Below, in pieces: positions 1 to 11,376 of a stretch of DNA of 64,000 nucleotides (the stretch's first letter is position 1; the number at the start of each line of letters is the position of its first letter). Source of the DNA: Setoptus koraiensis (Eukaryota > Animalia > Arthropoda); assembly GCA_048013815.1 (NCBI GenBank), contig CM106585.1, positions 23,684,001 through 23,748,000 on the forward strand, read 5' to 3'. The notes beneath the pieces were generated by a model. That model saw only the letters and a program-made list of their open reading frames with translations. It was not told where the DNA came from and searched no databases. Position numbers and translations under genes: made by a program.

Positions 1-11
1 GTCGTCTATAG

Positions 12-1205
12 GAAACAATTCTTCCAGTGTTGGTGATAGCATGCAACAGAATATCTGTAAAACGTAGTCTGGATCAACTGATTGCTTTTAGGTCTTCAAA
101 AGATACCCATCCGATAATTGTCAGCCAGGATTGTGGCCATAACGAAACTCGCGAAGCCATTAATTCGTATGGAGATCAATTGCAACTAATAGAACACAAC
201 AATTCAAGTGAAGTAAATCTACCCTTCAAATTGAAGAAGTTCGTTGGTTATTACAAGATAGCCAGACATTATTCATGGGCGTTGAATTACGTGTTCAACA
301 GACTCAACTATGATGCTGTCATCATAATAGAAGATGATCTGGACATATCGCCAGATCTACTGGACTACTTTCGCGCTCTTTATCCAATTCTAAAGGCCGA
401 CGAAACTTTGTATTGTATATCGGCTTGGAATGATAATGGTAAAGGTAAATTCATTGACGAAACCAAAACAGGTGAGTTTATCGACGACCGCAAGATGATT
501 GATTCTAAACCGACCGTTGTTATATAACCTTTTTACTCATTCTATTTATCTCAATTCATTTGTCTTCGAACAAAAAAAAAAACAAATGAACAAACAAAAG
601 ACCTTCTATATAGAACAGACTTCTTTCCGGGGTTGGGCTGGATGCTAACAAATAAAACTTATCAAGAATTCTCAAATAGATGGCCCTCCACATTTTGGGA
701 TGATTGGATGAGGCACCCTGATCAGAGACGGAATCGTGCTTGCATACGACCTGAAGTGCCCAGAACTAAGACATTCGGCAAGATTGGTGTGAGCAATGGA
801 CAATATTACGAGGACCATCTCAAGTATTTCTCATTGAACGATCAATATGTGCAATTTACGAAGTTAAACCTGACTTATTTGCTAAAAGAGAATTACGATA
901 GAAAATTCCTGCATGATGTTTATTCCAGTGAAACAATCACTGTGTCTGAGCTACTGGCCTCGCACCCAGACAATGCGACAACATCAATTAACAGACAAAA
1001 GATTCCTATTTTGCCAAAAAGAATAGACTACAGTAATACAAGCGAATTTAAAACGATTGCCAAGAAACTTGGACTAATGCCCGACATCAAGGCTGGCGTT
1101 GCCAGAACAGCTTATTTTGGTATAGTGACAATATTTTTCAAAAATCAGCGCATTTTTATCGCCCCACCAAGAAATTGGACTCACTACGATGAGAATGCCT
1201 CTTGA
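12..1205 (+). CDS. MGAT1: Alpha-1,3-mannosyl-glycoprotein 2-beta-N-acetylglucosaminyltransferase (GnT-I), 5' partial; exons 12-471 and 601-1205
   Basis: Motifs LVIACNR, IVSQDCGH, YYKIARHY, IIIEDDLDISPD (DxD-like), CISAWNDNG, GQYYEDHLK and C-terminal IFIAPP. Intron 472-600 (GTGAGT...CAAAAG, phase 1) restores D-LLYRTDFFPGLGWM, the conserved GnT-I segment. The in-frame TAG at 9-11 reads as a 3' splice acceptor (CTATAG), so upstream exons lie outside the window. Confidence 0.96.
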
Positions 1206-1533
1206 ATCAAGAATCTTGATATTAGCCAACATCAAATCATAAACGGATTGCCATATCGCACTAGTGAACAACATATCATCAAACAAAACTCAGAAAGAGA
1301 CTAGGGCTTTCATATTACTATTTTCTTATTTAAAAGAACCTAAGATACAGCCGAAGAGGGCGATGTGACAAATAGTAATCTTTGTATGAATATATATATT
1401 TTTTAAGCGAATTAAAGTTCAATACTGATGAGTATTCTAAATGTCACTTTTTAGGCATTGTGGTTGCTCATTGAAGCATCGCGTGAAACAAGATTGAGAT
1501 TTGATTGAGCATCACCTCATCTCGATGTCTGCG

Positions 1534-3234
1534 CTAGCGCTTGTGAACCATAACTTGAAGATTTTTGTATCGCATCAAGAAAACGGTAAATGATGGCTTC
1601 GGAGGAAAGCTTGTTCCAGCCATTGGACTAAACTCATAGTCTACCAATATTCTGGCCAAAGCCAATTTGGTCTCGGTCAAACTGAATCGGGCACCTATGC
1701 AATGTCTTGGTCCCTGACCAAATGGAGTATAACTGCCTGGATAGATTTTGTCTCTGTTCTCTGGAAAGAAGCGACTTGGATCGAACTTGCTGGGATTTGG
1801 CCAATATTCTGGATTGTTGTGTATAGCATAGTAGTCCAAGAAGGCAACAGTTCCCTTTGGTACGGTAATGTTGTATTTTTCTATGTGATAATCTTCGCTG
1901 ACCTCTCTATCCAGGAACACAACCGGTGATAGTAGACGCAATGTTTCACAAAGCACTGAATCAAGATAAGTGGCCGAAGTGATTTTTTCATAATCAAATG
2001 ATTTATCCTCTTTCTGTACAATACTGGCAAGTTCTTCATATAATTTCGACTGAATATCTTTATGGAAAGCAAGTGCATAAACGCAATGGGACAACAATGA
2101 AGCTGTTGTGTCGTAGCCTACTGCTAATAGAAACATGGCATTGGCAATAATTTCAATTTCTGTCAGTGCGATATTCTTATTGTTGATGACATTGTGCGGA
2201 TTACTACTTTTTAATGACTCTTCAACTTCTTTTGACATGGCATCGTGTTGCGTCTCCATTATTTTCTTAGTTAGGCCAACGTGATGATTCTCCATTTCGT
2301 CCATATCGGTTACCTCCATTTTGTCATTCAATCTGGCATCAATTAAAAGTTGAAGAAAATCGTCCACTTTCTTGCCACTGCGGCGTCTTGCAGCAATAAG
2401 AGCCCTGGATTTGCTAGCCAGACCTTCAAACACACTCAAAGCAGGCATAGAAAAACCAATTGCGTATAGTAGGGAACTTGGTAATGTTTCAAGGATAATG
2501 ACTCTGAACAAATTGGGACTGGCAAATTCCTTCGAGTTCTTAACAAATGCCTCTCTACTTGATTCATCCTGGGTGCCACTGTTACCATCGCTGCAGTTTC
2601 GCTGCAGTTTGATGGCATACAAACAACTGGCTATCACATCCATTGTATACAGACCAAAGGATTCTTTTACGTTGATGGGCTGCTTCTTGCGAGCTTTCTC
2701 CTCAAATATCAATGCCAAATCATCGATACAGCAATTCATCAGTTTTGTCATACGCTTTATCTTGCCACTCGTGAATATCGGCGTTATTATTGAACGCACT
2801 TTCTTCCATTGAGCGTCCTTCATAAAGAATATAAATTTTGATTGATAATTATTTGTAACATTAGGCAGGTGATGATTTGGAAACAAATGGAAGTCTTTGA
2901 CGCAAATCTGACGCAAAACATCCGGATCGGCAATATGCAATCTGGGTTGTGCGCCCAAGTAAGTTCCGTATAGTTTACCGCACTTTTCAACGTTTTGTAA
3001 TTCTATTTGAGGACGATCCATGGTGACTACCTGGTAGAGATTTCCTAAAATGGGCAATGGAAAAGGTGTTTTCAGGCCTATTTTTGACCAATGTCTAAAT
3101 TTGAAAAGATAATAATAACTGCATATTGTTGCGAGTAGGGCAACTATTGAGAAAATCGAAAACCGAGTATCCGTGGCCAGCAGTGAGGCCAAAGGATCGG
3201 CAGAATCATACTGTTGTTTGATGAAGGCGAACAT
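1534..3234 (-). CDS. Cytochrome P450, CYP3-clan-like, intronless (~566 aa from ATG 3234)
   Basis: Heme motif FGQGPRHCIG, K-helix ETLR, PERF-like FDPSRF, I-helix AVGYDTT, C-helix WKKVR, N-terminal membrane anchor followed by Pro-rich PFPLPILGN. First ATG at 3234; the ORF-track start at 3270 is GTG. Clan assignment is from overall resemblance only. Confidence 0.95.
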   Translation of the reverse strand: MFAFIKQQYDSADPLASLLATDTRFSIFSIVALLATICSYYYLFKFRHWSKIGLKTPFPLPILGNLYQVVTMDRPQIELQNVEKCGKLYGTYLGAQPRLHIADPDVLRQICVKDFHLFPNHHLPNVTNNYQSKFIFFMKDAQWKKVRSIITPIFTSGKIKRMTKLMNCCIDDLALIFEEKARKKQPINVKESFGLYTMDVIASCLYAIKLQRNCSDGNSGTQDESSREAFVKNSKEFASPNLFRVIILETLPSSLLYAIGFSMPALSVFEGLASKSRALIAARRRSGKKVDDFLQLLIDARLNDKMEVTDMDEMENHHVGLTKKIMETQHDAMSKEVEESLKSSNPHNVINNKNIALTEIEIIANAMFLLAVGYDTTASLLSHCVYALAFHKDIQSKLYEELASIVQKEDKSFDYEKITSATYLDSVLCETLRLLSPVVFLDREVSEDYHIEKYNITVPKGTVAFLDYYAIHNNPEYWPNPSKFDPSRFFPENRDKIYPGSYTPFGQGPRHCIGARFSLTETKLALARILVDYEFSPMAGTSFPPKPSFTVFLMRYKNLQVMVHKR

Positions 3235-3251
3235 TGTTTTGTGTATATTGC

Positions 3252-3291
3252 AACTGATACTGGACTGCACTTGTCGACATGAGCTTTTATA
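3252..3291 (-). promoter_or_regulatory. Core promoter of the P450 gene (TATA box plus Inr-like motif)
   Basis: Minus-strand TATAAAA at 3291-3285, followed by CCAGT (~3263-3259) and TCAGTT (3257-3252), which resembles the arthropod Inr TCAKTY. Supports ATG 3234 as the start codon. Confidence 0.5.
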
Positions 3292-4209
3292 CCCAACTTT
3301 TACCTAGCCTATATAATACAAGTTAGGTACAAGTTAGGTACATAAGCTCACGTTGGCAATCGCATTATTCCATTCTGATGCGAGATAGACGCATTAATGA
3401 AACATCGTTAGTTGTCAAAAGCGATTCAAACAAAAACAACTTTAAGGTACTAGAGGCTCTCAATGGATAGAAGGTAACCAATGCTGCACTCAGACAGTAC
3501 TCGAATTGTATCCAGTAACTGCATAAACTATCGACACGATGAGTTTATGCAGTTTTGTTCGATTAAATCATCATATTGATAAACACAACCAGATGCAACA
3601 AGTATGAATAAGTGTGGTTCATTCAAGATTGTTGTTATTGCTAACTAGTAATCAAGCAAACTTACTTGTATCCTCTATCATTGTTTATGAGATAAGAAGC
3701 GCATTAATATTTTCATGTTTAACTGCGATGTCTTGATATTGTTGGCTCTATCTTAGCAAACCAAACTATCGTTGATAGCAAGTTGGCTGTTGCAATCAGC
3801 AATCGGGGACAAAGTGTACGTGTATTAATACGTCAGTATTATCAGTGTGATCAACGACGAATCGAGAAATGTACATGTAAACATAATTTTCTCTTGTTAA
3901 TCGTTAATTTACAATTATTATGTGAATTCATTGCAATCTTCTTAATAGAGACTAGACAAAGAGAAAAAGTAACTTCTCTTGGGGGCGTTCATCGTGAATT
4001 ATTCCTCGCTAACTGTTTCTAGATTATCGCTGGCCAGTGGTCATAAATGATAGCTATGGGCCCGTCATGCAGCAAAAAGACTACGGTGAATTTTCGCTTC
4101 GCTAAATCGTCTCATGCTCGTTGGAAATTTTGCTTTCATTCGAAAAAAGTCTCTCAGTCAGGCCAGCAAAAAATATACATATATATTGTGTCTAAATAGT
4201 TCAGCAATA

Positions 4210-5730
4210 ATGATCATAAACTCAATACTTTCGCCGACCATAGTTTCAGTATTGTTAATATTTTTTGTCAGATTTGTCAGTCTATGCGACAATTGGAACA
4301 TTTTACATCAGCCAGCGAATGATCCAGTGCCAACTCGTGTGGGCCATGCAATCAATAATCTCGGAACTCGAATTTTAAAACATTTTGCTTCAAAGAAGAT
4401 CAACGATGAGGCAAATCTGTTGTTCTCTCCTATTTCGCTCACTACAGCTTTATTTTTAGTTCATTTGGGTACCGAGAAGAACGCTTTAAGTGCAAGGCAA
4501 CTAGGAGAATTATTCAACTTTACTCTCTTCAATTTAGATACAAGCAACGCAAAAAACAAAAATAGCCCGTATCAGGGGCTGTCCTCTTTGTACAGACATT
4601 TAACTGAACCTGATATTTATAATGACTGCGACGACAGTGTTACGTCTGACAAAAAATCATTCAAGTTCATTAGTGCAAATCTGTTGTTGGCCAGCAGTGA
4701 TTGTTGTACTAATGAATTAACTGATGAGTTCGGCCAAGCAATACAAAAATATAACGACCTTATTATTGCGCAATTCAAGTTCAGCATCAGACCTTTTTAT
4801 TCTGATAAAGATATAATAATTAGGAAGACGCAACACGACAACAAAAAATTAATTTCATTCGAAATCAAAGATCAACAACATCTTGAGGAATCCGTCAATG
4901 CATGGGTTAAAAATAGGACAAATAATAAAATCCTCGACGTTCTCAATGAACAACAAATTCTGCCCACGTACTTAACTTTAGTCGGTGGTTATTATTTGTC
5001 CGCAAACTGGACAAATCAATGGTTTCAGAGAAATGACACAGTGCAGGATATTTGGGTCTATGACGACAATCTCAAAGAAAATCAAAATTTGGTCAGATTC
5101 ATGCAGAGCTTTCAAAATGAATTCGATTATTTCAATTCGCAACACTACAGAAGGTGCGCATCATATAATTCCGCTTCAAATTTAACAGTTGCGAACTTCA
5201 AAGCGCTGGAGTTACCTCTTCAAGGTGCTGGACTGCAATATAGTAGTCTGGTCATATTTTTACCTGACAACCACCGATCAGGAGGATTAAATTACCTCAA
5301 AGAAACAATAATGAATTGGCATACGATGAGAGAAATCTATGCCTGTTTAAAGAAGACACGACTTGCGGTAGTGAAATTGCCAAAGTTTACAGTGGAGCAA
5401 AAACTTGATGTTTCAAGTGCACTTAAGAAAATGGGTGTGGGAAAACCTTTTTCCTCTGATTCAGCTGATCTCACAAATATCTTCAAACATGTTCACACGA
5501 AGCCTTTGAAAATAGACAGCATCGAACATAAAATCAAGATAGTAGTTAACGAACAAGGGATTGGATTGGAGGATCCCAAGTATCACCAGATGTTGTCAAC
5601 TGATGATAAATCGGCAGCCAGGTTATATCCAAATAATCCTACTTTCGAGGCAGACCATCCGTTTCTGTTCGTTGTTCGCCACAAGAAAACACAAGCTTCC
5701 CTGTTTATGGGGCAGATCGTTAAATTGTGA
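4210..5730 (+). CDS. Secreted serpin-family protein (506 aa, intronless), probably non-inhibitory
   Basis: Signal-peptide-like MIINSILSPTIVSVLLIFFVRFVSLC from ATG 4210. Serpin motifs NLLFSPISLTTAL, VNAWVKNRTNNKI, LELP, LPKFTVE and signature FEADHPFLFVVRH...LFMGQI. The ORF track starts at ATG 4114, but the first 32 codons are not signal-like. Confidence 0.92.
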   Translation: MIINSILSPTIVSVLLIFFVRFVSLCDNWNILHQPANDPVPTRVGHAINNLGTRILKHFASKKINDEANLLFSPISLTTALFLVHLGTEKNALSARQLGELFNFTLFNLDTSNAKNKNSPYQGLSSLYRHLTEPDIYNDCDDSVTSDKKSFKFISANLLLASSDCCTNELTDEFGQAIQKYNDLIIAQFKFSIRPFYSDKDIIIRKTQHDNKKLISFEIKDQQHLEESVNAWVKNRTNNKILDVLNEQQILPTYLTLVGGYYLSANWTNQWFQRNDTVQDIWVYDDNLKENQNLVRFMQSFQNEFDYFNSQHYRRCASYNSASNLTVANFKALELPLQGAGLQYSSLVIFLPDNHRSGGLNYLKETIMNWHTMREIYACLKKTRLAVVKLPKFTVEQKLDVSSALKKMGVGKPFSSDSADLTNIFKHVHTKPLKIDSIEHKIKIVVNEQGIGLEDPKYHQMLSTDDKSAARLYPNNPTFEADHPFLFVVRHKKTQASLFMGQIVKL

Positions 5731-6529
5731 CCGATAGAAACAATCATCTGTTAACATTATGAAAAATCATAAAAAATGGGTTGAAATCGTTGTTATGGAT
5801 AAAGCTTTCTGCTAATAAATATCTTTTTAAAATATACAAGTCATCAGATATGAAGAGATGAACTCTTTTCGATGTTTCTCCTCTAGGGTCAGCAATAGAA
5901 ATGTGATTGAACCACGAACAATAACAACAGCAAAAGATTTACAAGTCGGAACTACAGCTTTGTTTATAGTTGAGCGAGACAAGAATTTTTTCCGAATGTT
6001 TTATTATAAAGTGTGGTTGTGTGAAATTATATATTGCGAGCTATAATATATAATATAGTTATAGTGTTCATGTGTGTAATTTATGATAGGATACATCGAC
6101 TTTTACTGTATTTGCGTGTTTGATACTCATTGGCAAGTTATAATTTCAATGACTGTTACACTATTGTTGTTAATGTTGTTACCTGACAATAAATCACTTG
6201 TTGCTTATAACTTACAAGTTATAGGTGACTTTTTTATTTGTCAAAAATACTCACGCACAAATGATTACGACATTCATTTATTAACGAACTATTTTCTACT
6301 ATCTATAAACACTGCCTGTTGCTTGACTTGCTGTTTGTTCTAATCTATACCGAGTAGAGTCAATAGGTCGTCTAGATATTGTGTAAGCATTGTTTGGTCG
6401 ATACTGCATACCGATTGTTTTTTAGCAACGGGGCAAAGTTCAACAATGACTTGTTTTTCCTTCGTTTCTGTCACCGGCACTCGAGATCGCTATGATGGAG
6501 GGCATTGTTTGTTGTTGTACGAGCACCTA

Positions 6530-8707
6530 TCATCTTCTTCTGCCGAAACCGCCATGTCTAATCAAATAACGAGCGTAATTTAAATAGATGGAATATACAG
6601 TAAATAAATGATAAATATACGGGGCTCGACATGGCGACTAAGAAAAAATTTATAACTAATTTAATTGATTGTATCAATCGCAAAAGCCACACTCACCCAA
6701 TGCCGCCGAGACCTCCTAAACCTCCAATCCCGCCACCAAAGCCACCATGCAGACCAGTGTGGAATGGATGTGGTATTGGTGGACCTATAATTGGTTCATG
6801 ATTCACGTTTATTCTTACAGGAACTGTGTACGATTCGATAACAATGAAGTTGTGTTACATAATTATTATTGGACACAAGAATCGGTTAACTGGCATAGTT
6901 CTGATGACTTTGCAACAAAACAAAAGTCCAACTTATGATACTTACTTGGTAAGGGAAGTCTTTTGTGATTGAAATGGATGGAGACAAACGTAATAATGGC
7001 AATATGATCATTATATATTAATGATTTGTCATTATTGTTAGTTTTATTTAGTTACTACATTCAAGGCACAAAGCATGGAAATATTAACTTACGGTATAGG
7101 AGCAAATCCGAGTCCTTTAGTTCATGATGAATTGATTGTTTGTATGGCAAGAATCGCAGCAATGATGTTGTTTTGTTTTTTATTTTACAATTGTGTAAGT
7201 TTTTATTTTGTTCGTTGTTAAGCGACGTTGGCCAAAGTGGTGAAAGTAATAGAAATAGGTTAGCAGTTTATAATTCATCATTATGAATGCTTGTCTCTGG
7301 CTATTCTGTTTCCATGCCTCGACTACTAAGTCCAAGCATGATGATTAACGCTGATATTCCATAGCTATGCATATGTATCATTATATCATATCGTTAAGTT
7401 GAATGATAGTACACATGATAGTGTCATAATTCACTTGTTGTTGTTGTTGCTAAAATAACTGACCAGCGTCGGTCATCACTCTCTCAATGCCAGCGGCTTA
7501 CGTAATCTAACGGATCTGACTAGCGCAACGATTCAACACTTAACAAACGAGAGATATAGTGGACCATGTCCAGTGGAAGTGCTTTGCTAAGCCTCTAGCG
7601 ATGATCACTGAAGCATAACTAAAGCTAGTTTTGTTTTGTTATATGGTGACAGCAAAACTTAAGCTTATTGTTGTTTGAAAGGATAAGGATAAAGGATAGG
7701 AAGTAGCCCTTAGTTCGAATTTGATTGTCTCAGGTGACCATTGATCTGGCCACTGCCTAATACTGAATCGGTGAATGAAGTAATAATGCTGACAGTATCT
7801 AGCTATCTCACAGCATGTTCATGTGATTAAGGAGCATTGGAGATAGCCAATGCTTCAGTATTAAGCTGGATTTCAATATTGTTGGGTTATATCGTTGAGT
7901 CACTTTGTTGAGCTTTATGTGTTAATATATCGAGTCTAAGTAACAACGAAACGCCGGCCAATTGTCATCGGCCATTTGTTTAAATTTTTGCCATTATTAG
8001 TGGCCGACGTCCTAAAGTTTTTGACTAAAAATCGACCGTTTAGTGCCCCATTAAGAAAACGTTGTATGCGATTCAGGCGCCATCTGAGACGAATTTTGCC
8101 AAAATTCGTTATGGCAAAATATAAGACACGAATCAGACATTGGGGCACCCACCATGGTTTTAGTCTTGCGATCAAATCTAAAATAAATTGGCGAGTCTGA
8201 CACAGATTACACGAACTCAACAATGACATAACTGCATTGCCTCTCATGCACATGCCTGAGCATACACATACGCGTCCAGATAATCAAGATTATTATTATT
8301 ATTTTGTTTGTTTGTTTGTTTGTTAATCAAGATTGATTGTCCACAAGCCATGTGCCATTGACATGATGCAAATCCAATCGAGCAGGCGATGATGTTTTCG
8401 TTGATAATGTGATAGATGTGGTAGTGATGGAGGCAACAATTGCAAGCTTCATTCAACAACTAATAACTAAACTATTATATCATCCAATGAAGGACAACAA
8501 ACTCAAATCAGTGTCGCATAATCGCACGATTACAATTACAGTTAACATTATCATTTATATTGACTTACCTGGTGGAGATAGTAGAGCGGCTGCAATAAGT
8601 AGTTTGACGAATTTTTTTGCTAACTCATCATGAGCTCCAGCTTGTACGTGTCTCGTTAGCAAGACCAAACTGATGAGGGCAACAAATACTAGATGTGATG
8701 GTTTCAT
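6530..8707 (-). CDS. Small secreted Pro/Gly/His-rich protein (109 aa); 5 exons 8707-8569, 7114-7093, 6959-6946, 6823-6697, 6557-6530
   Basis: All four introns are GT-AG with donors GTAAGT or GTGAGT. Phases chain exactly (1,2,1,2) to give MKPSHLVFVALISLVLLTRHVQAGAHDELAKKFVKLLIAAALLSPPGLGFAPIPLPLPIPVRINVNHEPIIGPPIPHPFHTGLHGGFGGGIGGLGGLGGIGHGGFGRRR*. Clear signal peptide. Absent from the ORF track. Confidence 0.8.
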
Positions 8708-8909
8708 TTTGTGTGATTTATGTGATATTTGTTTGTTTTGTTGATATACGTTGTTGTTGTGCTTTTTGCACCAAAAGCTTTCACTTTCTCTCGACTAACT
8801 ATATTTCCTTCAACTAATCTTTCTATTTGACTAATCTGATTTAGGCAAACTTTTTTCAACTTGTTGATCTTCATGTGAATTGTCGCGCTTCTTAATTGTT
8901 TGTTTATAG

Positions 8910-8917
8910 TTTATATA
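8910..8917 (-). promoter_or_regulatory. TATA box candidate for the micro-exon secreted gene
   Basis: Minus-strand TATATAAA about 200 nt upstream of ATG 8707. Confidence 0.35.
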
Positions 8918-11197
8918 TGATGTATTAAATTGACTTCTCTGAGATTAGTTGTTAAATGAATGATGAATGATTTGAGATGGCGAAACAAGCAGACCCACTT
9001 GCAAACATGAACACATTGAATGATCACATTAGTTGGGACACTCAAGCAAAATTGATCACTTATTTGCGAGAGCTATATCTTTTTCTAGTCTTTTCCTCTC
9101 TTTCTCTCGCTTTGGTCATCTGTTGAATGGACGCAGGGATGTAAACTGGTGAATAGTGGACAATATAGGAGGAGTCTCCACAAGACATTTCTTTATGCTC
9201 CATGTTTGTGTGTCTCATGAATGCGAATAGAGATTAGCCGCTTAATAAACTAGTCACTCTCATAATATCTAAGGCACGGTGTGAATTAGTCCTCAGTTCT
9301 AATAAGCCATAAGCTACAAGCACTGAGGTAGTACCGTTGCAGCATCATGGTAACGTTACAGTTAGAGTGATCATGGAGCGTGAAATTGTCTTGTAAAATT
9401 CACGCCAAGCCAGATTTTATGTGTGACAATTGCTCGGCAAGCTAACTGGGGGCAGCTAGCAGTTCATTCGCTAGCATTGGTTGTTGAATGATACAATTCT
9501 CTCGGACAGTTACGCCAGCATAAACACACATACACACACTTACTCACGGGCCATTAACAACTTTCTCCATTCTGTCCGTCCATTTTCTCCGTCTGCTCCA
9601 CACTAACGCAACTGACCAGGCTAACTAGTTATTTTGGTGACTAGTCCACAAAATAAATCGAAAAGATTTTGATAAGTGATACAGCCAGAGAATTTATATT
9701 TATAAAATAAACAACAACAAAAGTTAGATTGTTACATAATTGTTACGTCTGGTTAATTCGCACGCACGCACACACACCTATTGAACTGGCCTCATCAGCA
9801 GATATTTAAATGATAGCTGGAGGATGTTGAATGGACATCAGTGCACAGCAGTAGCGATTCGGCGTTGGTAGTGAGCGGTGACAATTGTGTTAGCCAAAAT
9901 GAATCAGTAGAGAATGGAAATCTTTGATCCGCGGAGATTGCAATAACACATTCATAATGAGTAAACAAACAACAACGACAAAAGAATTCGGTTGAACAAA
10001 CGCTCTTAAATTTAGGCTCAGTTAATCAAATATTATTCTAATTATAACAACGACGCGTGAGAGCTACAGTTGTCGAGAGATCAATGACAAGAGAGACTAA
10101 AATGAGAGTAAATGTCATTGCATTAATTGAACCCAAACACAAAGTATATTGACCCCATTGTCTTAGTCCACTCGTCTAAGCCAACGATATCCTTGCAAGA
10201 GCATTAGAACGAACTGCTGGCTTGCTGTGTCGTGATTGGCATGATGAATCTGAAGCTGTGACACCATTCTCTCTTCTAGCTACAATTGTGTTTCTGGGGA
10301 TCCCGTTACATTTTCTCTATTCTAATAAGGCAAAATTGTACGTGTCCACACTCATTGAGTTTATTGGGGGAGGCTGCTCTGCAACAAAATGAAGTGTCCG
10401 ATTGCCAGTTAACTTTCACTCCGGCGTTGATGCTGGCCGTGGATTGACTTGTCGTCTTATTTTAAATTCATACGCTGCATGTCAATAATGTCTTCGCCAC
10501 ATATAAAGTGACATAATCAAACAAGAGAGAAACAAGAACAACAATGTAAACCGTACCATTCTCTGTTTTTATATAATATCCCCTATGAACTATTTAATGA
10601 TTCACAGTTGTGGTTGGTGTTGTCATTTTATAGTCAAATAGTTAGTCTCAGACAGAAAAAAAGAGAGAGATGATCCCGCTCATCTTGTTGTGTCAACATT
10701 AACATTTGTACTTCTTCTCGGGGTTGCTTTTTTTCGTTCTCTTTCTTTTTACCTATACATCAACTTATGCAAGCAATTGTATATGCGCTTCCTATTTCAT
10801 TAGCAATAGGTGGAAGTATTTAAAAAGACTACCTGTGCAGTTATTGTTGTTGGCGTCGTTACCTTACGTTTTAATCCTTGCAACCCGTTATGACATCTAT
10901 AATCTTTTTCTCTCTTGCCCCCTGTCTTGTAGAGGTAGCAGTAGTTGTTGTAGTTGTATTATTTATCATGATCAAACAACAGACATTGATCCGTTCTTAT
11001 TCGATACAATCTGATCTGATCCGATCCGGTCCGCTGATTTCAAATCGACTCTCTTGGCTGGCTTGATTAGTTCAAGCAACACTGGCACTGGCCCTGATGG
11101 GCAACAAGCATGTCATTAAAAGAGCCGAATAGAGTCATTCAATTGGTCATACGAGCATTGACGCAACAGTATCATCACAACAGTATGAGATTGTAAG

Positions 11198-11234
11198 TAT
11201 AAAAAGGAAGTTGCGCAATATTTTGAGATCATTT
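11198..11234 (+). promoter_or_regulatory. Core promoter (TATA, C/EBP-type palindrome, Inr) of the His-rich secreted gene
   Basis: TATAAAA at 11198-11204, TTGCGCAA at 11211-11218, and Inr-like TCATTT at 11229-11234, about 30 nt after the TATA box. Confidence 0.55.
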
Positions 11235-11376
11235 CAAAAGCTTTATGTGTACTGATAGAAATCAATGAACATTCTTCATGATCATCCTGACATCGTCAAC
11301 TGAAATCTCCGTTATAATCTAAAATATAGTATTTAGTGGGAAAATACAAGCAAATACATTCAGACAACATATCAAG

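Noticed and set aside
2372-2812. 146-aa plus-strand ORF
   Set aside because: Antisense shadow of the P450 CDS with no motifs. The same applies to 12886-13308, 14223-14546 and the many + ORFs over Cda5.
3318-3343. Two TTAGG pentamers
   Set aside because: A local 11-bp duplication (CAAGTTAGGTA x2), not a telomeric array.
7502-7515. 14-nt AG/GT-flanked segment in intron 1 of the micro-exon gene
   Set aside because: Its inclusion would shift the frame and no compensating exon was found.
8563-8572. ACTTACCTGG matches the 5' end of U1 snRNA
   Set aside because: It is the reverse complement of a perfect donor site (CCAG|GTAAGT). The rest of U1 is absent.
11224-11246. TGAGATCATTTCAAAAGCTTTAT resembles mature bantam miRNA (first 11 nt identical; about 18 of 23 against the recalled Drosophila sequence)
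   Set aside because: No complementary star arm upstream or downstream, so no pre-miRNA hairpin. The site coincides with the Inr of the His-rich gene. A small-RNA library would settle it.
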